The translations under genes were made by a program, and so were the position numbers. Shown piece by piece: positions 63,245 through 63,346 of a stretch of DNA of 63,346 nt. The stretch's first letter is position 1, and every line of letters begins with the position of its first letter. The stretch comes from Spirochaetaceae bacterium (lineage in GTDB: Bacteria > Spirochaetota > Spirochaetia > DSM-27196 > PWMO01), in NCBI GenBank assembly GCA_046541715.1, contig JBKHCS010000005.1, positions 1-63,346 of the forward strand, read 5' to 3'. The notes beneath the pieces were generated by a model. The model saw only the letters and a program-made list of their open reading frames with translations. It was not told the DNA's origin and searched no databases.

Positions 63245-63346
63245 GAGCGCCTCAGATGGTATTCACAAGCCGAAGGTTCCGTCAAGCCTTCGGAAGTATC
63301 AACGAGCCTGTTGATGCATAAGCATCAAATCCCGGCGGGCGAAGCC

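Overview
GC-rich, tightly packed bacterial chromosomal segment. HtrA, lipoproteins, an RND pump and beta-barrel-like proteins indicate a diderm host; the taxon cannot be fixed from sequence alone. I support about 60 protein genes and one tRNA-Gly(UCC). I found no rRNA, no CRISPR array and no intact transposase or integrase. Many true starts lie inside the supplied ORFs, GTG/TTG starts are common, and neighbouring genes are often joined by 1-4 nt start/stop overlaps (ATGA, GTGA, TTGA, TAATG). Most long ORFs antisense to real genes look like GC-driven shadow ORFs. Two genes are missing from the ORF track: a partial SH3b protein at 1-290 (-) and a 59-aa membrane protein at 56348-56527 (-). Recognisable modules: imuA-imuB-dnaE2 mutagenesis cassette; htrA plus a cbpA-like J-protein; MarR plus an RND efflux pair; an SbcD/SbcC-like pair; a class III cyclase; a PilZ protein; and housekeeping enzymes. 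Most interesting observations: (1) a translationally coupled trio at 56.6-59.5 kb of a catalytically dead tyrosine-recombinase-fold protein, a CYTH-CHAD protein and an orphan ParA, followed by an 18-nt tandem repeat; (2) a + strand promoter/helix/terminator unit at 37.28-37.40 kb between two minus-strand genes, a candidate sRNA; (3) a MinD-like ATPase with a long unknown extension beside a PH/TerB-like/AAA+ protein; (4) an SbcC-like ATPase whose coiled-coil apex is a transmembrane hairpin, followed by a secreted ankyrin protein; (5) a cyclase overlapping two paralogous envelope proteins. All family calls come from motif reading only. No database search was run.
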